From Laetmonice hystrix (lineage: Eukaryota), in NCBI GenBank assembly GCA_965235115.1, contig OZ249436.1, forward strand, positions 26,476,001 to 26,536,000: a stretch of DNA of 60,000 nt, in the 5' to 3' direction. Under the pieces are notes generated by a model that was given only the letters and a program-made list of their open reading frames with translations, made no database searches and was not told the DNA's origin. Positions 51,201-60,000 of this stretch are shown piece by piece. Both the position numbers and the translations under genes were made by a program. The stretch's first letter is position 1, and each line of letters starts with the position of its first letter.

Positions 51201-53868
51201 TCATAATGCTAATTGCCGTCATTGGCGCGAATTATCGTCACAGCCGGTGGTCAAGTGTAATCTCTACTACTGGAAACTGGTAAAGTAGAAATCAATTACT
51301 TTATTAAACTGTACAGAAACATTCATTCTTGGTGCAAGAGTGTGAGGTTAGGTCCAATAATGGCCACACAATTTATATTTCTTCTTTTTGATACGAGTTT
51401 TCTCATGCATCTTAAACATGTATATTATGCAGGAACCGATCGAGTAGTTTTATCAAATGTTTTACATAAAGGTACCGATTTTTAGGCCGCAATGAAGAAT
51501 AAATTGGATCAATCTATGTCATTATTTGTTTAATACCCCAGATATATTCAGGCATTTGTCCAGACATTAGTAGGCCTATAATCCACTGTCCTGAAATATT
51601 ATGCACACGATGAACGAATGAGACACACATGCATGCCCGACCATATTTATGTAAGACCTAGACTCTAATCGAGATTTATCTCTCCACAGAGGCCGAACAC
51701 AATTATATTACTGACATAGGGGGCCTACATGTTCTGCCCTTAAGGACTGAAGGTTTGTTTGGGGGCCTCTCACAGAGCACATGCTGTATATCATCAACAC
51801 CAATGGCAATATTATCAGGCACTTAGCCATCAGGCTTTGGCCATGAGACCATGTTGATGGTTTGAAGATTGCCTTGCAGCTGACCCACCGATTCCTGCGG
51901 AGAAACAAATTCAATCAAACAGTCGCCACAGCCTTGTTGAGTGAGACCGGCCATTCCGAGGCCAATTAAAGTACACGTCATGTTGGGATTATGGTACTCC
52001 TCCGCAAGGTCTCAACTCTCAGAATGGCTGAAATGTTAATTACCTTAATACTATAGGGGACCTCCGCATTTTGGCGAAAAGGCCAGGTAATTTGGTTGCG
52101 ATGGAAGCAGACGTAGCCCAGCAAAGAACAGAGTATTGGAAAGTCTGAGCAGTGTGCACACTGCAATATGAGCCACAGTGATACAGGCAAACTTACAGAA
52201 CGTCTAAATTCCGTGTTTTCCCGGTCAGACACCCATTGCCAGGACATTCTACTTGGTTCATGTAACCAGGATTTGAACTTTGAAGGTAACAATTTCCTAT
52301 TTGACGTGATATTTCGGGGAAAAAATTCTTCCAAACATTTCAGTTTACCCATCAAAATGGACCTGAGGCGTATTTTATGTCAAACATGATAATGTGCAGA
52401 AAGTATTGACAAATACACTTCTATACCTCTTAATTCCTAGTTGTTGGCTAACATATCACAAACAGAATAGTCATCTTATATCCTAAATTATGCATAAACA
52501 AATCTAAAGATCGTATTTTTCAATAGTATTTAGTGGAAAATAGTCCGCGAATTTCGCAAGGGTATACCCAAAATGAAACCATTAGGGGCAGCATTCTGAG
52601 TGAAGAACTTCAAGCATATACAAATGTGTTTTTAAAATGTCTACTTTAGATGTTTTTGCCAGTTTAACTTCATCTTAAATACAAGACATACGTACATAAA
52701 TATGTTTTTTTTTGTCCTGACAGTAAGTTAGCCAATCTTCACCGGGCCCTTTCCCACGCTCCGTTAGATATTAAAATAGGAGGTTGCACCATTTTTCATA
52801 TATTATTGTCGCTTGCGACAATATGTGCCAGCGACAATATATGCCATAGACAATATATGCCGTAACACCCCTCCACCCCACGCCCCCTTCCAAAATCCTT
52901 AATCCTCCCCTACAAGCGTCATATATGACACTGTAAGGATTTCAGATCAGCCCCTACTATCTTTGCCGTGTCAATCATAATAATTATTTAGATGGCCATA
53001 TTTTGATAAAATTAGTTTCTGTCAGGTGTCAAACAACCCCTTTTAAACTGGTATAGAATAAGCCTACTTAATTAAACTGTAATGATTTCATTATTTTCAA
53101 TGTTAATTGTTGGTAACGCTCATCAGAGCACACATGGTAGATCTCCGGTGATTTATATTTCTCTTTCTCTCTCCCCGCCCGATTACTCTTGCATTAAATC
53201 TTCTTATCAGTCTATGTCCCTGTCGTGGGCGACTAGACGTCGTCCAGTAATTGTCGCGACGTACTCCCGTCAGACTCTATCCGTGTGTCGCCGTCCTTAC
53301 ACATTAGCATTCCACCGACGTCTTGGCCTCAGCCGTGCCGTAATGACAACAGGTCTTGCATCACTTGCCGGTATACACAATATGCACCACTCTCATGCTG
53401 CTCCAATGTTTTCCCTGCCCTAGAACTCCAATACGCCTCCTGTCATTCTGTAACGGTTAGTGTTTGGGTCGGGTAGTGCAACAATAGCTATATTACAAGT
53501 TCCTTCTCTATAGATCCGGGGTTGAACCGCTTTCAGTGACACCCCCTCCCCCCCTCCTCACGACCCCACGCCTATTCTCGTGGGGGAGTGCTTCACGGCG
53601 TCACCTGCTTACCATGCACCTAGATAATTTTCCGTATGTCTGGTGACGACCAATCAGATTACAACACTTTTTGAGGCGCGATTCATAAAATTTAGCTTGC
53701 ATTTCTGGTTAACCAATAGGATCATCCCAAGTAAAGTTGTTGTGGTCGAAGCAAGATAGCGAATCTAACGATGGCAGCAACAGATAGGCATTGAATCCAG
53801 ACAGTGGGATGAATAACTTTGAGTTGACAGGGCTTCAAGAACACACACTAACTATAACCCTATCCCGA

Positions 53869-54281
53869 CCCACGGCAAATAAGGTTTCATAGACCAAATG
53901 AAACACCAGCATTTACCTCAAGGCAATAAATGACACAATTACATTGTCTGAATGAAGTAATTAACATGTAACTGCCCGATGTGTGACGCCGCTGGCTCTG
54001 CTTGCGTGTTCAACACCTCGGACGTTTACAAACGTTGGGACTCCAAACATCGTGTAGACAAGGTCTGTGAGCAGAGTAACACGTAATGTTACGCAATACT
54101 CCGCGGCGTGCAGCATTCGGCTCTGATGAACACACAAGAAGGTCAAGGTAAGAACCAGCGGCGTCATACATCGGGCGGTTACACGTTAATTACTTCATTC
54201 TGACAACGTAATTGCGGCATTTATTGCCCTGAGTTAAATGCTGGTGTTTCATTTGGTCTATGAAACCTTATTTGCCATGGG
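53869..54281. mobile_element. MITE with ~130-bp TIRs
   Basis: 53869-53998 is the reverse complement of 54151-54281 with few mismatches (CCCACGGCAAATAAGGTTTCATAGACC / GGTCTATGAAACCTTATTTGCCATGGG). Confidence 0.88.
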
Positions 54282-56279
54282 TGTTTACCCTGCCTTTAAT
54301 GTTAACCCACGGGCACGGCAGAGGCCGAGACCGACAGCTAGCGCCAGCGACACCGGGCCGAGCAGGCCGGTGCCAGTTTGGATGCCAGCCAAGGCTTGCG
54401 AAGCAAAGGTCGATGCTGAAATCAGGGGAGATAAAATTTAGAATTTCGAGTGTTAAACCGTATGTTAAGTCAAGAGTCCTACAAACTGTATTGTCAGGGA
54501 GGGACATATTGTGTATCAGCGAACTGGGCAAGGCAAAACATTATATATGCTATGGGGCATTTTCGCGAGAAAGCCTGCGGCACGGGGAAGACCGTTTAGT
54601 CTAAGTGCGATCGGAACGTCCGAGGTCATTTCATTTCCGGTCGAGAAATACCCTCGGATGTAAGACAGGCCCAAAGCTATATGCGTAAAACGCTTGTGAC
54701 GTCACATCACCAATCATGTTCTACCGCCCTGCTAAGTAGTGACAACAGATCACGGAAACTTATGAATCTGACACAAATTTAGTGCATTTTTGTGTATCCG
54801 GTGGTATTGAAGTGGAAACACATATTTCAGTCTCAAAAAAGTTGAAATCCCCGAATCCGGAAGATGTTCATCGTTGCCCGCAGCATCGATACCAATCTCC
54901 CATAATGCAGAGGGGCTCGCTCCACTACCCTTCTGCCACACCTGACTTTTTACGGGAAAAATCGGGCCCCTACGCGTTTAACCCTGTTTTTGCAAAGTCG
55001 GCCGCCCTTAATGGTATCTATAAAATTTAACGTACCTCTAAATCCCAAAACCGAGATTATAACAAGTGACATTCACCGTACAAGAGAAATATTTGATGAA
55101 ATATTAGGAACTACATTTGCGGGGGGAAATCAGCTATAGCCGCAAGTCGGTTGGCCAAATTCGGGATGATTCGAAATACTTCGGGTGTTTCCGACTATGT
55201 ACTTCCGTTCAACATAGCGGCTGCATTTGATTTCTCCGAAGATTTAGATGCTTGTGTGGCATCATATTCTGACAGTCTGTGCCGTAAAAGTAAACGACAA
55301 GAGTGTCTCAGCAAAATCGAGCAGCCACGATTCGAGCTCGGCAATGTTCGGCTGTTCCGGTCGGGGGTTTCTAGGTCAGGTCAGGGGTCACTCGAACGGT
55401 AGTACCCAGCCTGTGGCACAGATTGAATGAAGTGAACCATCTCTGTCGGAGAGTGCATCGATACCAATCGGGAATCCCGCGGCCATGACGTCATATCATG
55501 CCCGAGGGAATCCCGAATGCGTCTTGTAGGCATGTCTGGCCTGTCTGAGCTCCACGCTCGGGCTAAGCATACATGTTGCGAAGTTTACAAACTATTTCAG
55601 TTCAAACGTAACATATTTGTTATTAATCTACCAAATTCCAACAATTTCAAGCAACAAACTGTCACGGAGGACAAACAAAATATTATTTGCTCTTTCTAAC
55701 TGCATAGACTCATAAGATAATGAGAGTTGTACACAATTTTCTTCCAACGAAATCAGTTTTTTTTTATTTCCAGGCTACCAAAAAGAAACGTGTGAAGACA
55801 ACGTTACGAGGGTCGTTGTCAGAGCGGACTTTGATTAATGCCACCGCCCGCTGTGTCCGTACAGTGGAGGTGGTATAGATTGTCTGACGTAGACAGAGCT
55901 TTAACGACGCTCGGATGTGGACGCCTTTTGAACCTCACGCCCAACGTCTACCATTCAGGAAGTACTCTTGAGACAGAAAATAAATCAACGTCGGCGATCA
56001 AGGGGAAAGGTTCGAAGGCAATTGCAAGATGTGCTCCCAAATAAGGTTTCCTTCTGATTCTGTTCTTTAAGGATCTGCAGCAGTGGGTAATATAGAGTCG
56101 CTGTTCTGGAGTGTCCCTGAGGTTAGTGGGTGTGATTCATGGCTGGGCTGTAGAAACCTATCAACGAATCCACTGGAGGGACCTCCTATCACGTTTGAAT
56201 GACCAACGCCTTGCTTATTAACACACGTAGGCTTGGCGCTGGTTTGAACCGATAGCAACGTTTGTATAACGTCAGCGCC

Positions 56280-57077
56280 TGTTACGGCCGAAAACGTCCG
56301 CACAACCGAAAACTTTTGCACAACCGAAAACGTTCGCGAATCGCTTGGGACGCGGACCGCTTGGGAACACCGAGGCGGCCCAAAACGTCCGTAGAACCCT
56401 AAACGTCGGCGAATCGTTTGGGAACACCGAGGTGGGCCAAAACGTCCGTAGTACCCGTTTTCGCGCAGAACTAGGATTTTTTGCAAGGGGGGAGGGGTCA
56501 ACAGGTCACACGATCACGACACCCCTTCTGTATCCACTGAGATGACCGCATGCCGGAAATAACATGTGCCTTGTGGCAATTTATTTATTTAACCCATTTT
56601 CCCCACAAAAATAGTTATTTAAAACAATCCAGGCCCACCCAGGTATTCTCATGATCGCCCAGGATCGAAGGAGTTCCATTTACGATCATCCCGATCTGGC
56701 CCCGTTCCAAAACCGTTCCAAATACGATTGTTCCCGTTCTCCAGATCGGGGTCGATCGGCCTAAGTGGAATGAGGGTATTATCAAATGGTGCCACCCCCT
56801 TTCCGGTTTTGGCCGACTGATTTGCACAAAAGTTCGGAAAAGAAAGAAGAAAGAAAGGACGAACGAACGAAGGAAAGTAGTAGTAGAAGTAGAAGTAGCC
56901 TAGTAGTAGTGCAGGAGCAGTAGTAGTATAGTAGTAGGAGTAGCAGGGTATTGCTTTCGGTACAGTGGTAGCCTCTACCTGCGGACGTTTTGGGCGTTGC
57001 GGACGTTTGGGTACGCCATGATGTGGCCAAAAGGTCCGCGGACGTTTTGGGCTATTCGAACGTTACGGGCCGTCACA
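56280..57077. mobile_element. TIR element with inverted subterminal AAAACGTCCG repeats; carries internal microsatellite and MITE pieces
   Basis: TGTTACGGCC / GGCCGTCACA ends. AAAACGTCCG recurs on the left and CGGACGTTTT on the right. Confidence 0.7.
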
Positions 57078-57295
57078 TGTACCGACCTTTTCAGCAACCT
57101 TCCACGCATCATTCCCACAGTTTGTTGTCCCCAATCCCGACAACCAGTATAACTACTATAGGAGTTAGCTGGGAAAGAAACCTTACATGGGGTTGTTTTC
57201 GGCTAGTTGGATCAGTGCCTACTCTTGGAAACATCGTAAAGAGAAACATTATACGCACTGATTGAAGTGTGCCTCATACGTTGTACGATTTATGG

Positions 57296-57325
57296 AGAGA
57301 GCTAGAGACAGAGCCAGAGCTAGAG

Positions 57326-57364
<39 letters not shown>

Positions 57365-57390
57365 GAGACAGAGAGAGACAGAGAGAGAAG
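57296..57390. repeat. (GA)n microsatellite
   Basis: Direct inspection. Confidence 0.93.
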
Positions 57391-60000
57391 ATAGAATTAA
57401 TGTCATTTCATGATTGTTAAGCGCTTGCCATTTAGAAATTCCCCCCATTTTAACCTTGGCCGTCTAATTGACTGACTCATCGAACTTTGGTCTCTGACGC
57501 ACGTCAATATGAAAGTGTTGGATATTTTCATCGATAAAGAGCACGGATCATTCTGTGCACTGACCGGGAAAAATTCCACAAACCACTAGGCCGCGGCAAA
57601 ATACGGACTTAGCAGATCTTGATGCCAACACGCACAAAACCCGGGAATTTCCCTGGGCTTTAATATTTAATCTTTGACATGCAGTGCATGAAAAATGCAG
57701 GCAGTGAAAGGCGTCCGAGGGACGGGGAGTGTGCGTTGAAAAGACATCCAAGTGATAGAAACGAGACGGGCAGAGTCCACCATGGACGACAAACGTCGGT
57801 GAGGGCAAGGCGACGGGCCGGACGGGGAAGTCTGCCGACCACAGCCGATATGCTGGAGTCCTTAAAGCTCTGTCGATGGCGCAACGCAGGCCGCTGTAAC
57901 GGTCGGTCGGAACCACTGCATGGTTTCCCAGTCGGCGTTCACCTGTACACCAACCGGGCTGACACAACCAGCCGTGAGAACAGCAACACTGAATAAAAGA
58001 AACCAATGTCCTTCACAACAAAACAGAGGTGAGGTTGTTGCAGTGGCTCGATCCTCTTACCTTTAAACTGTCAACGGCTGGTAAAGCCTGCACACCATAC
58101 AAGGGCAACAGAAGGCACCGCGATCCGACACCAAAACAGTTGGCCAACGCTTGGGATGGCTTCAACCTGAACGAATGTCTCTTAATGCTTGGTGCACGCC
58201 AGATAGAACCCGTATGGTGGCTGCTTCCCGCTGGATCCGAGAGATCGCCGATCAGAGGCAGGTGGTCGTGGGGGGCGGCTGGTGCGTTCGTAGGTGAGAG
58301 AGACTGGTGCCTGATGTAGCCGTGCTCGGCCGGCTACGCTTGGTGGACTGCTTCCATAATAACGGGCGGCACTATGAGCGGACCAACAACAACCACGATA
58401 TTGGTTCCCATGCAGTATCGAACAGCTTCGGGCAGCCAGCCGCTCAAACCAAGCAGAATAGATTACAATTACATTATTTAGATTTCGTGACCTGACCAAC
58501 AACGGCAAATTCAAACCATGTAGAAAGAAAAGAAGAAGACACAAATGGATAAAAGTAGGAAGGTGCATGGGATGAAGAAAGTTTTTTTTTTAGAACTACC
58601 GTTATAATTTGTCCCAAGAATTGCATTATGTCAGTATGAAGCAATCCTTTTAGAATATGTGTGTTAAACACGGACACACTTATCAGCTCCAAAGTTTCTG
58701 GAAGACAAAACTGACAAGTAACTTTCAGGATATTTGGTCATTTTTAGCTAGAATTATCTTCTTTTTTTAATGATGTTCAGTCACATGCATCTCAGATATA
58801 AAGAGATGGACTCATTATATTTAAACCAAGATGAGAGGTCTCCTCTCCAAACAAGACTTCTCGCGCATACATGTACGCAGATCAGTAAGGAGAAAAAGCG
58901 ACATGCTGTCGGTACGAATGTGAATTCCCCCCCACCCCACCCCGGACTATTCTATTGCGGGATCATAAAGTAGTCCCACTTGTTCCGTAACCCCTTTCTA
59001 TATATAAATATGGATCTACAACCCTTCATTCTGACACCGATATGCGCATGTTCCTGCGCAGCACACTCGTATACCCGAAAGTCATTTCACGCATAACGGA
59101 ACCAAATGCATAATTCAAGGACAGTTCATCTGAGCCCTTCAGTTTGTCCACCCGGGTAGTAACCCATAATATATGCACTGCCCCGGGAGGCATGCCACGT
59201 TTTCCATTCATTTAGTCAAAATAATGGGTAGTCGACGGAAAGAACGTGAAATATTCATAAAAAAAACATGGACAGAATTAGCTGCCCTCACAGAATCAGA
59301 ATGAGAATCAGATGTTAGAGATGACAGGAATTTATCATGCCCTAAATGATCCATATTAATCCTCGAAACATATGAATATTAAAGGACGCCGGATTGCGGG
59401 GTTTAAAAAAAGGTCGCCCTCTTAACCAGTTATGCAATATTATAAATATGTATTAGAATTTGACAATCTCAGTGATAATCCATTAAAATGACAAAGAATC
59501 ACGCAGTGGTTGTACATGTAGGTTTGCCCAAGACCGTTTTCATCAATTTTATCTTCCACCTTATTACCCTACACGTCCCCAGAATATTTCCCTCACTATT
59601 TCCACACCATTACTCGTCACTCTGTACAGCAGCTATTACCGAGGATATAAAGCCGCGGCAAGCAGCCTTAAGGCAGAGTCAGCAGTTTGGAACAAAAATG
59701 TTCTGAAGGTTGTACTTTTTTCATCCAATTGCTACTCCGCCTTTAATTTGAACGGGGCTTCACAACCTTTCAGTCCATTTTTAACGAGGCTTAAGTTTGG
59801 GCGCGGCATAGTAATTGATTTCAGTTCGTTAAAAATGTATTCAATTTAAAGTGTTGAAATGTTTTGAATGTCATGTCCTGACCTATGGAGTGCTGCACTG
59901 GGTTGATGGGTAGCAAAGAATTCGGCCTTTTTGTGATTTAAAAATAAAATGAAAAGTACGTTTTCTGCGGGAGAAACTTCAGCGATAAGACAGAAAATTT

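Overview
Eukaryotic (animal, probably marine invertebrate; inference) genomic DNA. It holds one intact protein-coding gene, a minus-strand two-pore-domain K+ channel (K2P/KCNK, TWK-7/KCNK18-like). Its three coding exons are 42327-41724, 17010-16868 and 16637-16098, and a 24.7-kb first coding intron splits the first TIGYG filter. The rest is dense with non-autonomous DNA transposons (hAT-, PIF/Harbinger-, Mutator-, Sola- and Tc1/mariner-type by TIR/TSD signature), minisatellites and microsatellites. Three observations stand out. (1) The channel frame has no in-frame AUG before TM1 but has a CUG in ideal Kozak context just after a short uORF, suggesting non-AUG initiation. (2) A 333-336-bp tRNA-headed element occurs as head-to-tail multimers inserted three times at the same position of a ~34-bp minisatellite, with a fixed 3' end, microhomology to the target and variable 5' ends. 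(3) A 3.9-kb foldback palindrome sits inside a LINE tail, inside that array, inside the channel intron. Almost all other ORFs in the track are repeat artefacts. Transposon superfamily calls rest on terminal and TSD signatures read by eye, not on database searches.
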